Source: a virus (Duplodnaviria > Caudoviricetes). Taken from it: a DNA stretch of 64,000 bases. Under the pieces are notes generated by a model. That model saw nothing but the letters and a program-made list of their open reading frames with translations. It made no database searches and was not told where the DNA came from. The DNA lies in the IMG/VR virus record IMGVR_UViG_3300021124_000001. The stretch is one strand, 5' to 3'. The first letter of the stretch is position 1. Each line of letters begins with the position of its first letter. This document shows, piece after piece, positions 31,152 to 42,566 of the stretch. The position numbers and the translations under genes were made by a program.

Positions 31152-32925
31152 ATGAGTAAAGAAGAAGATCGTATTAAGCATTCTAAACGCCTGCATCAAG
31201 AAGAAACAGCAATCAAACATAACATGAAGGTTGCTAAAGCACATGGTGTTCCTGTTGACCAATATGAATCACATCGTTATGCTAAAGTCAATGCAGTTAA
31301 CTGTGGTGATCCAAAATGTGTATTGTGTATGAATCCTCGTAAGTCAATGGGTGAGAAAACAATTCAAGAACAACGATTTGAACAATCAGGATTATATGAT
31401 GAGTGAGGTTGACAAACCCGATTGTGGTTGTTATAATTGTATGCACAAGAAGAAGGACAAGAATGGTTGGCCACTAACCATGTCTATCTTCATTGTGTGT
31501 CCTAATTGTGGCAATAAACGTTGCCCTAAGGCAACAGACCACACATTAGAATGTACAAATAGTAATGAACCAGGACAAAAAGGAAGTCGTTATGGGTGAA
31601 AATAAGGTGACTGAAATTGAGAAAAAACTTTGAATATTACAAACGTGATTACTGGTCATTCGGTATTGCTGTACGTAATCCTTATGAACGTGAGCACCAT
31701 GAAAAGCCTTATTGCACATTTAATATTTGTTTGTTCAAGCATTCATGGTGGTGGAAAATTCCTGAGTTGTTCAAACCAAAAGAAAAGTGGATTGATACAA
31801 CCAATATGTCATGGAACAAAGACAAAGAAGGTCCATGTGGATTCATGGAAGAGATTCGTAAAGAATACGGATTCACATTTACACCTGATGGACTACACAC
31901 CTATTATGGTATTCAACCAGGTAATTGGACTCGTGATGATCCAGAAAATTCAGACCATTCAAAATTATTCAGTTATCCATGGCGCCTAGAGATTGTACGT
32001 CACGACCTATTGTATCCAGATGGTGATTTACTTTGGCGAAATAGTTATCCTAAAAAGAAAGATGATAAACACCTTCTCTGGTATGAGGTATTTGAGTGGC
32101 CTAGTGTTAAAGGGGAACAGTCCGCAGAAGACTTGTTTGCTGAGTTTGTTGAAATAGACCACTGGACTAAAGATGGTGTAAACCAAAAAGCAAAGATTAG
32201 ATTGACTGGTGAAGAACGTGAATGGCGTCCAAAATGGACACGTTGGTTGCCAATATTCAAACACGTTCGAAGGGTCGTTGATTGTGATTCTGACACCGAA
32301 CTTGGACCTCGTGCGGGTTCATGGAAAGGTGGCATGATGGGTTGGTCATGTGATTGGAAAGAGGATGAATCTATGAAAGATGCATTCAGACGTTGGTATA
32401 AAAATTGGGATGGGAATTGAAATGAGTTTATTATCTTATGCTGAGAGTGAATTGGACCTTATTGGTCTAACTGAAGAAGATGAATACAATAGAATGATGC
32501 GTAAGCATATTCTGCATATGATTAAAGAGTTTTCTGATGAAGGACATTCTGGTTTCTCTGCTCAATATGCAATTGATATTCTAAGCAAACTGTTGTCATT
32601 CAAACCATTGACACCGTTGACTGGCGAAGATGATGAATGGTGTGATGTTAGTGAATATAGTGGAACAACCACTTATCAAAATAAAAGATTGTCTTCCGTA
32701 TTCAAAGAAGGTAAAGACGGTGAAGCATACAACATTGACGGCAAGGTCTTTTGGGAATGGTATAAAGATGAAGATGGCAATGCTGTAAAAACATATTACA
32801 CTAGCCGAGACTCAAGAGTTACTGTAACTTTCCCTTACACCGTACCTGATAAACCAATCTATGAGTATCGTCAATCGGATGCGGAACCAAAATCACCACC
32901 ACAAAACGAACAGGGTTTTCTATAA
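31152..32925 (+). CDS. Hypothetical ORFs (31152-31406 and 31396-31599 Cys-rich, 31617-32420, 32422-32925)
   Basis: Packed ORFs; CPNCGNKRC zinc motif; GHSGFSA...PLTG motif. Confidence 0.7.
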
Positions 32926-33188
32926 TGCTTTCTATCTTTCACTATTGGTCGGCCAAAGAACGATTGGCTGAACACGAAAAGACCATCATGATGCTTGGTG
33001 GTGAATCTGAATGCCAACCAATGATTCTTGCACAGCGGGATTTCATAAAAATGGAATTGGAATACTATCGCAAACCAGCAAAAATTTGGTCGATAATTTT
33101 ATGCGTACTTCCAGTTATTTTTATTTTTCTTGCACCATTTGGATATGGTGTAATAAGTAACATTGTGATGAATTGCTGCATCAAGTAA
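32925..33188 (+). CDS. Hypothetical membrane protein overlapping the endonuclease 3' end
   Basis: TAATG coupling; C-terminal hydrophobic stretch. Confidence 0.55.
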   Translation: MLSIFHYWSAKERLAEHEKTIMMLGGESECQPMILAQRDFIKMELEYYRKPAKIWSIILCVLPVIFIFLAPFGYGVISNIVMNCCIK

Positions 33189-33695
33189 ACTTCCAAAAAT
33201 AATGCCATTCGGATCAATAACACCTTTTGCATTTGGATTTTTTGATGCCGTCAATCCATAACAAGGATTATTTACACCAGAAGTCCTAATCGATTGTAAG
33301 AGTTTTCTTTGAGTATTATTTTCCCAGTGTGATTTTACAATTTTTTTAAGTTTAATTCTCACATCATTTCTACGGCATGGATTTTTGTCACCATATAATT
33401 TATTTTTTTCGGCAACAACAATACCAGTTCCGCCATCACCCCCATCAGTACGATTTCTAAGTATACCAGTTTTTTTATCTTTTCTTCCCCACCAGCGGAT
33501 ATATCTGCGTTCAAGAGCAAAAGCACCAATTTCGGTAAGATTACCTTCCATAATAACGATTTTGGATTTATCTTTTGGTGGATGTATTACATCATTTTTT
33601 GTGTGTTTCCATGCTCTATCTTCTTTACCTTTACCAATGTAATAAGGTGAACCGTTTTTACGGAGATAGGCATAGATGTAATAAATACTTGACAT
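33099..33695 (-). mobile_element. Free-standing GIY-YIG homing endonuclease
   Basis: [29 protein letters not shown]; leader and late promoter at 33696-33772. Confidence 0.88.
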
Positions 33696-33790
33696 GTGCT
33701 GTGTCCTTATGTTAGAATTTGACATAGAGTAGGTGGGAATTCCCAGTTCCGTGACCTACACCCTTATTTATATCATTTGAAAGGTAAATT

Positions 33791-33967
33791 ATGATTAAAA
33801 GACCCGCAACTTACAAAATGTCCAAGGCATTGAAATCATCTTTGCGCTTAGGCCGTTACAAAGACAAAGATCAACGTGCCGAATGGAAAAAAGCCATGGT
33901 CAATGCTGAGATTTATGCTAACTCAGTTGAACGTCACATCATGGGTAAGCCAGGTGGAAACGACTAA
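33791..33967 (+). CDS. Small basic protein (58 aa)
   Basis: AAGGT SD, clean ORF. Confidence 0.6.
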   Translation: MIKRPATYKMSKALKSSLRLGRYKDKDQRAEWKKAMVNAEIYANSVERHIMGKPGGND

Positions 33968-33996
33968 ATATTTGTCCGTTATTTGAAAGGAAAATT

Positions 33997-34389
33997 ATGT
34001 CCCTATTTATAGAAGTCCATTCTCTTGAGAAGAATTGCAAAGTGATTATTAATCTTGAAACCGTTATGGAAATTGCACCGCTTGCTTCAGGTGGTTGTGC
34101 ATTGTTCTTCCCTGATGCGGCTGCTGTTGGTGGTAAGACATCTATGAAGGTATCCGACTCTTATGCATTGTTCCATCAGTTTGTCCTTGAGACTGTTTCA
34201 CCTGAAATGATTGCAAAGCGTATCGAAAGTATGCCTAAGCAACAATTGGAACAACATCCACGATTCATTTCTGATGCTGAGACTACTCCACGCCCACAAG
34301 TTGAACAGGAAGCCGCTAAAGCAGAACAGAAGCGTGGACCAGGCCGTCCAAAGTCAGTTATCGGCACAACCTCGTCATCCCTAGGTTAA
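33997..34389 (+). CDS. Hypothetical protein with AT-hook-like C-terminus
   Basis: KRGPGRPK. Confidence 0.7.
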   Translation: MSLFIEVHSLEKNCKVIINLETVMEIAPLASGGCALFFPDAAAVGGKTSMKVSDSYALFHQFVLETVSPEMIAKRIESMPKQQLEQHPRFISDAETTPRPQVEQEAAKAEQKRGPGRPKSVIGTTSSSLG

Positions 34390-34436
34390 AACGGGAATAA
34401 ATACGGGGTAATAAGCAAATTATCCCGGAGTTTACA

Positions 34437-35900
34437 ATGACATTAAAGAGTTTTACTAAGTTTACCGCTAACCTAAACGAGGCGGCCAAACCTAAAAAAG
34501 CATCAAACCACGCAAATTTCGACAAAAAAATCTTAATTATTGGCTATGGCTCAGTCGGACAAGCCATGTTGCCATTAGTTCTAAAGCACATCACCAATGA
34601 TCCAAAGAAAGTTACTGTGATTGAGAAAGACAATCATGGTAAACTTTTCCGTAAGCGTAACGCAAATAATGGTGTAAAGTATGTAAAGAAAGAGATTCTA
34701 CCAAACAATTTGGAAGCCACTCTTAAAGCATATACTGAGCCTGGCTCATTCATTATTGACGTTTCACTTAACATTGCCGCACATGCCATCATTGAATGGT
34801 GCTTACAGAATGATGTAATGTATGTAAACACATCATTGGAACGCTGGGGGCACATGCAGGACGAGAAAATACCTAATATGGCTGATCGTACTCTGTACCA
34901 CACTCACAAACACATCCGTGAGATTGCCGCTAAGTATCCTAATGGTCCTACAATTGTTGCTACCGGTGGTGCTAACCCTGGTCTTGTAACATATCTGACA
35001 AAAGCCGCACTATTAAAGATTGCTGAGAAAGCTGGTCGTAAGGTTGAGGCTCCAACTGATAAAGAAGGTTGGGCACAATTGATGAAGAAAATGGGTGTGG
35101 AAGTTGTACACATTGCTGAACGTGACACACAGGTTATTAATCAGCCTAAACTAAAAGATGAATTCACTAACACATGGTCTTGTGAGGGATTCTGGGCTGA
35201 AGGCCGTGCACCCGCTGAGATGGGTTATGGTACACATGAACCAAAAGAACTTGAGGGTGGTACAATTCAAGGCCATGCGGCATTCTTACATCAACCTGGT
35301 CTAACTGTATTGGTCAAGTCATGGGTGCCAAACGGTGGTCCATACAATGGTTTTTTGGTACAACACTCAGAAGCCATCACAATGTCTGAATACTTTGAGA
35401 CTGCTGATGGTAAGTTCCGTCCTTCAGTTTATTACTGCTATCAACCAACTGATGCCGCTATTGCATCGGTGCATGAGTTGCGTGGTAAAGAATTGGATAT
35501 GCAGAAAGAACACCGTATCGTCAAAGATGAAATCGTTGGCGGTATGGATGAACTAGGTGTCCTATTGATTTGCAAGAATGGTAAATCATACTGGCACGGT
35601 TCACAGTTAGACATCAAGGAAGCACGTAGATTGATTCCTGGTGAGAATGCAACATCTTTACAGGTCGTTGCTACAATTCTTGGTGAAATGATGTGGGCTA
35701 TTCAGAATCCACGCCGTGGCTATGTTGAGCCTGAATCATTACCACATGAGTTTGTGCTAGAACATGCATTACCTTATCTTGGTCCAGTTCCATTTGTGGA
35801 AACCACATGGCGCCCTGAAGAAGATAAGAATGAGTTGTTCAAGCGCCCATTTGACAAGAAACATCCAAACGCACTATCTAATTTTAGAGTCTGGTGCTAA
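34437..35900 (+). CDS. hss: Homospermidine synthase
   Basis: IGYGSVG, GANPGLV, HIAERDTQ, NTWSCEGF..EG, HSEA, RP.VYY.Y.P, G.DELGVL, NATSLQV. Confidence 0.93.
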   Translation: MTLKSFTKFTANLNEAAKPKKASNHANFDKKILIIGYGSVGQAMLPLVLKHITNDPKKVTVIEKDNHGKLFRKRNANNGVKYVKKEILPNNLEATLKAYTEPGSFIIDVSLNIAAHAIIEWCLQNDVMYVNTSLERWGHMQDEKIPNMADRTLYHTHKHIREIAAKYPNGPTIVATGGANPGLVTYLTKAALLKIAEKAGRKVEAPTDKEGWAQLMKKMGVEVVHIAERDTQVINQPKLKDEFTNTWSCEGFWAEGRAPAEMGYGTHEPKELEGGTIQGHAAFLHQPGLTVLVKSWVPNGGPYNGFLVQHSEAITMSEYFETADGKFRPSVYYCYQPTDAAIASVHELRGKELDMQKEHRIVKDEIVGGMDELGVLLICKNGKSYWHGSQLDIKEARRLIPGENATSLQVVATILGEMMWAIQNPRRGYVEPESLPHEFVLEHALPYLGPVPFVETTWRPEEDKNELFKRPFDKKHPNALSNFRVWC

Positions 35901-35914
35901 ATTAAAAGGTTATT

Positions 35915-36365
35915 ATGAATCGAGTGAAAGATGTTTTTAACAACATCGGAAATTATATCGCACAGGATTACAGGTCAAACAGGATCAGATTCTTTTTAGA
36001 AATCTTTTCTTGGACCTGTAGTCTCATCAGTTCGATTATCTTTGCGGCCACGGTGCCGGATATTCCAGTTATTCCATTGTATTCCATCTTCATTGCTGGA
36101 TGTTGTTCTACATTCTACTGTGCATGGACTCGTGGATCTTTCGGATTAATGGTCAACTATGCACTACTCATCAGTATCGATGCATATGGGCTAGGGCGTT
36201 ACCTGTTGAGTTGATATGTGGAGACTGTGGGCATCGGCACTAGGCGAAAAAAGTGGCAAATCTGATGATGAATCCAATAAAATTGCTTGCATTCGTACCG
36301 TAATTGTGTTATCATCAGTTATGACCAACCTTTTTATTATAGCCGGAGTAATCCGACACTGGTGA
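35915..36365 (+). CDS. Two small membrane proteins (35915-36214, 36216-36365)
   Basis: Hydrophobic segments; MWRLWA.ALGEK...IRHW T4-like motif. Confidence 0.7.
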
Positions 36366-36368
36366 TAT

Positions 36369-36644
36369 ATGAATTCAAAAGAGAAAGAAATCCTCGACAT
36401 TACGCAAGAAGAATGTGCAGAGGTAATTGTTGCTATCAGTAAGATTAACCGATTTGGTATAGACAACTTTAAACCTGGTAAACCTAAGACCAATCGAGAG
36501 CATCTAGCAGAAGAACTAGGTGACCTGCAAGCAATGATTGACCTATGCATTCAGTTTAATCTGGTAGGAAGTGAACAAGTAAGTATTGCAACAGACAACA
36601 AAATTGCTAAACTCAAGAAATGGTCTAACATTTTTTATGAATAA
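36369..36644 (+). CDS. mazG: MazG-like nucleotide pyrophosphohydrolase
   Basis: EECAE...EELGD. Confidence 0.85.
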   Translation: MNSKEKEILDITQEECAEVIVAISKINRFGIDNFKPGKPKTNREHLAEELGDLQAMIDLCIQFNLVGSEQVSIATDNKIAKLKKWSNIFYE

Positions 36645-36688
36645 TTTATGATTGGTAATTTTTATAAAACTTTGAAAGAGAATCAGAA

Positions 36689-37252
36689 ATGAATATTTTT
36701 TATCTTAATTCCGACCCGGTAATTTGTGCACAACAACATGCGGATAAGCATACGATTAAAATGGTCTTGGAATATAGCCAACTCTTGTCCACAGCGCACC
36801 GGGTGATTGACGGCACAGAATCTACAGGCAAGTCTGCTTCTGGTCGTATGATGCGCCGGTGGGTTCTTCCTGATGACCGTGAAGGTAAACTATATAAGGC
36901 AACCCATATCAACCATCCTTCTGCCATATGGGTACGTAAGTCGTATGCAAATTATGTCTTTCTGTGGAAATTGTTAGAAGCACTCTGCACCGAATACACC
37001 TACCGCTATGGTAAAGTCCACAAGTGCCAAGAAACTGGTCTTGTTGATGAACTAATGTACCCACCGTTGAACATTCCTGCACATGTAGAATTCACAGAAC
37101 CTACACCTGCAATGCCTGAACATGTCAAAGTTGCCGGTAGTTCTATCAAGTCATATCACAATTACTACATAAATAATAAGCAGCACTTGGCCAAATGGTC
37201 AGGTAAGATTAACTCTCGTAATGTCCCGGAGTGGTTTCATGCCCCGTTATGA
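36689..37252 (+). CDS. Pyrimidine-dimer DNA glycosylase-like protein
   Basis: MNIFYL, H.DKH..KM.LE..QLLSTAH, TH.NHPS.IW. Confidence 0.75.
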   Translation: MNIFYLNSDPVICAQQHADKHTIKMVLEYSQLLSTAHRVIDGTESTGKSASGRMMRRWVLPDDREGKLYKATHINHPSAIWVRKSYANYVFLWKLLEALCTEYTYRYGKVHKCQETGLVDELMYPPLNIPAHVEFTEPTPAMPEHVKVAGSSIKSYHNYYINNKQHLAKWSGKINSRNVPEWFHAPL

Positions 37253-37523
37253 TTTTCTAAACAAAGACACAGGTGAAGTAGAAATTCACACTATGTCATA
37301 CACCAAATTGGATGAATTCAAGGAATCCAATCCACATCTTGAACGGTACTTTGCTGCCGAAGACCTTCCTGTCATGTCTGATGGTTCACGGCTAAGCACT
37401 CCTGGTATTGGTAAAAAAGACAGCACATTTGAAAAGTATGTGATTGACCGAATGAAAGCAACAATTCCAGGCAACACAATGGCTGGACACAAATCTTCCG
37501 GCCATAATATCAAAGAATATTAA
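37239..37523 (+). CDS. FmdB-like small protein
   Basis: MPRYDF.N..TGE; usual neighbour of phoH in T4-like phages. Confidence 0.65.
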   Translation: MPRYDFLNKDTGEVEIHTMSYTKLDEFKESNPHLERYFAAEDLPVMSDGSRLSTPGIGKKDSTFEKYVIDRMKATIPGNTMAGHKSSGHNIKEY

Positions 37524-37528
37524 AACAT

Positions 37529-38164
37529 ATGTTTTTGGTCAACAAATACACTGAAAGATATAATTCTATTGTGCATAAAGCCAAAAATAGAAAGTTGGTC
37601 GAGGGTGTTTACTATGAGAAACACCACATTCTACCAAAATCTATGGGTGGCAAAAACAACAAGTGCAATTTAGTGAATTTAACACCAAAAGAACATTATG
37701 TCGTGCATCACCTTTTAACAAAAATGTGTGAAGGTGATAATTCTAGAAAAATGAATTATGCTTTTTGGAAATTAAACATACGTTATAAAGATGAAAAAAG
37801 AACTAATATAAATTTTTCAACATTTGAAAAAATACGTGAAAAACAAAAAGAAAATATGTCAAAAACCATGACTGGTAGATTTGTCTCAGAAAAAGCCAGA
37901 GAATCTGTTAGAAATTCCAATAGACTAAGGGTTGGAGATAAACACCCCTTATTTGGTAAAAAAAGACCAAACCATGTTATTGAAGCCAGCAGAAAAGCAA
38001 ACTTGGGTAATAAGTATTGTTTAGGTAGAAAAGTTAGTGAAGAAACTAGAAAAAAAATGTCCGAATCCCAAAAAAATGTAGAAAAATTTGATTGTGGTAT
38101 ATGTGGTCGGAAAATTTCAGGAAAAGGTAATTTCACCCAACATACTAGGTCACATAAAATATAA
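37529..38164 (+). mobile_element. HNH homing endonuclease with NUMOD3 repeats
   Basis: EKHHILPKS.GG.N...NLV.LT.KEH...H; SEETRKKMSES. Confidence 0.88.
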
Positions 38165-38341
38165 TGGTAAATCAACAAATTCCCGCACTTCTTGGCGGTG
38201 GTTACTACAAACCACCAGTTTATCAACAACAAGTTAAGAAGAAAAATCAACCAAAAGTCCCTGTACTGCTTAGAAAGGATACACCTGTCTACAACAAAAC
38301 TTCCAAATAAAACTCATAAACAACCAGCAAGGAAAGTTTCA

Positions 38342-39106
38342 ATGGCAAGCAATAGAAAAACTGCATTACAGAAGCGTGATGATTTGGCTGAAAGTGATGT
38401 TACATATATTCATCAACCAGTCACATCTAACGCATTAAAAATTAAATTAGACCACTTGAAAACTTTTGAGGCGTTGACAGCGAATCAACAAAAGTTTTTT
38501 GATGCATATAAAAGAGGAGATTATTTCTTAGGACTGTTAGGTTCACCAGGTGTAGGTAAAACATTCTTAGCACTATATCGTGCAATAGAAGAAGTTTTAG
38601 ACAAGAGCAATCCGTTTGAACATGTGGTTGTTGTCCGTTCAGCAGTTCAGGTTAGAGACCAAGGTTTTGTTCCTGGTACATTGGAAGAAAAGATGGAGAT
38701 TTATGAAGTGCCATACAAAGAGATTTGTGAGACACTTTTCGGACGTAAAGATGCATGGGATAGATTGAAAGAACAGGGTTATGCTAGATTCATATCTACT
38801 ACTGCTATTAGAGGTATTTCTATTGATAATTCTATTATTATCGTAGATGAGTGCCAGTCTATGACGTTTCACGAGTTGAATTCAGTTATCTCTCGTGTTG
38901 GCCATAGATCGAAGATCATTTTTGTTGGTGATTTGAAACAGAATGATTTGATTAAGAGTCGTAATGATATATCTGGATTGTCAGATTTCCTAGCTGTCGC
39001 ACGTTCGATGGATGAATATAGTGAGATTTCATTTACACCTGATGACATTGTTCGTTCAAGTTTGGTGAAGTCGTGGATTGTTGCATGTGACCAGAAGGGC
39101 TTATAA
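38342..39106 (+). CDS. phoH: PhoH-family ATPase
   Basis: GSPGVGKT, GFVPG.LEEK, IRG, DECQ, GD.KQ.D, DIVRS. Confidence 0.93.
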   Translation: MASNRKTALQKRDDLAESDVTYIHQPVTSNALKIKLDHLKTFEALTANQQKFFDAYKRGDYFLGLLGSPGVGKTFLALYRAIEEVLDKSNPFEHVVVVRSAVQVRDQGFVPGTLEEKMEIYEVPYKEICETLFGRKDAWDRLKEQGYARFISTTAIRGISIDNSIIIVDECQSMTFHELNSVISRVGHRSKIIFVGDLKQNDLIKSRNDISGLSDFLAVARSMDEYSEISFTPDDIVRSSLVKSWIVACDQKGL

Positions 39107-39109
39107 ATA
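39102..39109 (+). promoter_or_regulatory. T4-type late promoter
   Basis: TATAAATA heading the 39.1-45.5 kb operon. Confidence 0.8.
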
Positions 39110-39144
39110 CTGTAGGATTATTTTAATAATAGGAATTGAGTAAA

Positions 39145-39780
39145 ATGACACCTTCAAGTGGACAAATCAGGTTAGCTGGGGATATAGGACAATCCTCTTT
39201 AGGATCCAGTTATGCGGGTTTTTTAACCACTAACGTGGCTATAAGTAACTATTATCTCGGTGGAACGTATATACCTAACGTTTCTGGTTTGGGCAGCAAT
39301 ACTTCTGTACCCACTTCTGGCCAAATATCATTTTCACAACTTTGGAATGTTTATGGTTACAAGAGATTGTCATTTAACATAACTTTTGGTAGCTCGTCTT
39401 ATGCCAGCGGCAAGTCTACTTATTCTGTATCTGGTTATTCCCTTGCAGCCGCCAGCAATCCATTTAATGTCGCGGGAGCCTATGGTTCAATATCATCATC
39501 ATCGTTTACTACATTTCGTGGAGCATATCAGATTGTTGGACTTTATTATGACCAACAAAACGGCTCCAGAATAATTCTCGCTTTAAAAGGACCTTCAGCT
39601 CCACAAGATACCGATTTGGATTATATTGCTTTTTATGAAGCATACCATGGTGTAGTTTTTGCAAGAAGTGCTAGGAATGCAACTTACACATCCGGTACTG
39701 TTCGAACCTGGTGGACTAATCCTACATATACATTTCCCTCTTCTGGAACATATGGGGGATACTTAAACTATTACGGTTAA
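39145..39780 (+). CDS. Ser/Gly/Tyr-rich putative virion (fibre/decoration) protein
   Basis: PSSGQI and PTSGQISF repeats; about no acidic residues; late promoter upstream. Confidence 0.6.
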   Translation: MTPSSGQIRLAGDIGQSSLGSSYAGFLTTNVAISNYYLGGTYIPNVSGLGSNTSVPTSGQISFSQLWNVYGYKRLSFNITFGSSSYASGKSTYSVSGYSLAAASNPFNVAGAYGSISSSSFTTFRGAYQIVGLYYDQQNGSRIILALKGPSAPQDTDLDYIAFYEAYHGVVFARSARNATYTSGTVRTWWTNPTYTFPSSGTYGGYLNYYG

Positions 39781-39798
39781 TTTGGAGATTTTATTATT

Positions 39799-40500
39799 AT
39801 GAACGAAACAGAACGAAATTTTGTGCCATTTAAGATGGTGATTAAAGACTATAAATTTGATGGAACTTTCTTTGTGGAATACATTCCAAAAGATCCTAAT
39901 TTGGCACCATATACATATGGAGTAACTTTGCCATACCACGAATCACCATCACCCTCAAAAGAAGAAATTATTTCTAGACTCGCTGGGGGTAGTCCACAGG
40001 ATTTTTGGAATTATGAGATTGAATCTAAAAAATTTGATGACTCGAAAAGAAAATCGTTAGTAGGTTCAGTATTTGAAAATGCTCAGGAACTCATGCCTAA
40101 AAATTTATTAGGATCATAAAAAGGAACAATAATGGACAACACACTTATACCATTCACGATGGAAATCAAAAAGTATCATGAAGATGGCACTTATCTTGTA
40201 GAATATAGACCTACAGACAACACAACTTACCAAAATATCGAATTTGCTATTACCATTTCATTAGAAGATACTGATGCTCAGACCGAAGAAAAGATACTAT
40301 CTCGTTTAGCATCTTGCAGCCCTCAACACTACTGGAAACAACAAGAACTCGCAAAGAATTTTGATGCTACTATGCGTAAATCTCTTGTAGGAACTGTACA
40401 TGAAGATGCACATAGTATGGTACCTGTGGTTAACACTCCTGTGGATGATCCAACATTGAGAATGCCTGAAGCAAGTACAATTCCAACACAAACTGTGTAA
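39799..40500 (+). CDS. Two paralogous proteins (39799-40119, 40132-40500), possibly assembly chaperones
   Basis: Shared PF.M.IK.Y..DGT..VEY.P and SRLA..SPQ..W and RKSLVG. Confidence 0.75.
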
Positions 40501-40503
40501 TAT

Positions 40504-41208
40504 ATGGGCATTCTCAATAAGTTTCTAAGATTCTTAGAACGACATGGTAGAAAAACAGTGTTGGTTGATCCGGCAGGTAATGTCATGTTCAACCGATACT
40601 TTGTATTCTATAAAGAAGATCCAGAAGATACTCGATGGATCGCAAACTTACCAAACATTTTTATCCATGAATTCATCAGGCCTTATAAACCTGATGGTGG
40701 TGTAGATCATGAACACCCATGGCCAACTGTTTCTTTTATGGTTTCTGGTTCATATACAGAAAACTTAAATGGTGTGGACATTGTACGCAAAGCTGGTGAT
40801 GTAATCAAAATGGATCACAACGATGTTCACACAATCGTTTCAGTTGAACCAGTAACAACAACCATTTTCTGTCATGGTTTCAAAAGGCACCCATGGTTCT
40901 TTAAACCTAAGAAATGCGAAAATGTCTGTGAGACTTGTGCTAAGAATTTTGGTAAATGTTATCTAGAAAACAAAAAGTTTGAATATGATGAGGCAGCAAC
41001 CCAATTCGACAAACAAGAACATCAATGGCGTGCACCGAAATGGTTCGATTGGACTCCAGATTTAGAGAAGAAGCTGGAACGTAGAAAACGTGCAACCGAA
41101 AAGATGGCCATCAAAATGCCTCAAAGCCAAGAAGAACGTGTCAAGTTAATGATACAGCATTCCAAATATATGGTTGATGATAGTAAGGTGACAAAACTGG
41201 AGATATAA
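40504..41208 (+). CDS. Cupin-fold metalloprotein with Cys cluster
   Basis: HEHPW..SF...GSY.E...H; CENVCETC.....C. Confidence 0.75.
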   Translation: MGILNKFLRFLERHGRKTVLVDPAGNVMFNRYFVFYKEDPEDTRWIANLPNIFIHEFIRPYKPDGGVDHEHPWPTVSFMVSGSYTENLNGVDIVRKAGDVIKMDHNDVHTIVSVEPVTTTIFCHGFKRHPWFFKPKKCENVCETCAKNFGKCYLENKKFEYDEAATQFDKQEHQWRAPKWFDWTPDLEKKLERRKRATEKMAIKMPQSQEERVKLMIQHSKYMVDDSKVTKLEI

Positions 41209-41209
41209 T

Positions 41210-42115
41210 ATGAAGTTGACAACCTTGAAAAATGGTTGGACAGTTAAGATTGAAGATGTTGATTTAAACAATTTGACGGATGAAGAAGTTAATATCATCG
41301 GTTGCTTGGTTGGTACTAGGGCTGTAGTCGTAATTAAAAATCAAGAACATCTAACAGTCGAACAAGAAGTAAAATTCTTAAAACGTTTTGGCACACCTGC
41401 CGCAGATAATCCAAACGTTAAGTCTGTAGTAATCGATAACTCAGAAAGAATTCTACGTAGGGTATCTGGCCAAAAAGACAAAGATGGTGTGCACATCGGC
41501 ATGTTTCCCTTGACTAAAGAGTTACATTGGCACGCCGATGCAATTGAAGACCCCGATAGAAAACCGGTGCTATACTTGCGAGGAGTATCTGGTGTTAAGG
41601 GCAGTATAACCAATTTCACCAATCATTCTATCGTGTGGAACTCTTTGAATCCAATTTTCAAAACCAAATTGGAACAAATGAATCTACAAGTGTTACATGA
41701 ACACGACCAAACCGGTAGATGGGACCAAACAATGCTTGACTTATACGGAACTACCGTAAGAAAGTCCATGTATAAATCTGAAGCCGATCTTCCATATCTA
41801 ATACACAAAAATCAATTTGGCACAGAAGGCTTGTTTCTATCTTTCTTACAATTTGGTAAATTTGTTGGAATGAGCATCGAAGATAGTAAAACACTTCTTG
41901 AAAAATTGAAATATACAATCACACACACTAAAAACGTAAGATATAAACATGAATGGGAAGACGGTGATGTTGTGCTTGCTGACCAATGGTTGGGCATACA
42001 TAAACGTAATGAGTTTGAACACATTGAAAAAAGAATGTTACACCGAGCAACTTTAGATTATTCTAACATTGATGTATCATTTAAAGAAACGGCACTGAAT
42101 TTATTAGAGGTTTAA
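41210..42115 (+). CDS. TauD/TfdA-family Fe(II)/2OG dioxygenase
   Basis: WHAD, T.F, HEW..GD.V..DQ...IHKR, R.LHR. Confidence 0.9.
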   Translation: MKLTTLKNGWTVKIEDVDLNNLTDEEVNIIGCLVGTRAVVVIKNQEHLTVEQEVKFLKRFGTPAADNPNVKSVVIDNSERILRRVSGQKDKDGVHIGMFPLTKELHWHADAIEDPDRKPVLYLRGVSGVKGSITNFTNHSIVWNSLNPIFKTKLEQMNLQVLHEHDQTGRWDQTMLDLYGTTVRKSMYKSEADLPYLIHKNQFGTEGLFLSFLQFGKFVGMSIEDSKTLLEKLKYTITHTKNVRYKHEWEDGDVVLADQWLGIHKRNEFEHIEKRMLHRATLDYSNIDVSFKETALNLLEV

Positions 42116-42116
42116 A

Positions 42117-42566
42117 ATGATTTACAGTGAAGAAAAGTCTGATACGATCCTTAATAGAAAAGACTTTCTTGAAATACATTATGATGAGTTAGCTCTACAC
42201 AAAGAAACGATCCCATTAGATCCAGACTACGAACGTTATTTGTCTTTAGAAGCAAAGAATCAACTAAAGGTGTATACATTAAGAACGGATGAACATGTAT
42301 TGATTGGATATGCAGTGTTTATCATAACACCAATGTTGCATTATAAAAGCACCATATGTGCGGCCAATGATCTACTGTATATCGATAAGAAATACCGTCA
42401 AGGTATGACTGGTGTAAAGTTCATCAAGTATTGTGAATCAAAAATAAAAGAATGTGGTGTAGACAAGATCACATGGCACATTAAAGAGTCAAACAACTTT
42501 GTACCAATTCTAAAGAGAATGGGATACATAACAGAAGACATTATTGTTGGGAAAGTGTTGAAATGA
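42117..42566 (+). CDS. GNAT-family acyltransferase
   Basis: LYIDKKYRQG..G, L.RMGY. Confidence 0.8.
   Translation: MIYSEEKSDTILNRKDFLEIHYDELALHKETIPLDPDYERYLSLEAKNQLKVYTLRTDEHVLIGYAVFIITPMLHYKSTICAANDLLYIDKKYRQGMTGVKFIKYCESKIKECGVDKITWHIKESNNFVPILKRMGYITEDIIVGKVLK

Noticed and set aside
38192-38341. N-terminal extension of PhoH from the ORF track
   Set aside because: The SD (AAGGA) supports ATG 38342. The upstream DNA holds a separate 48-aa ORF (38164-38310).
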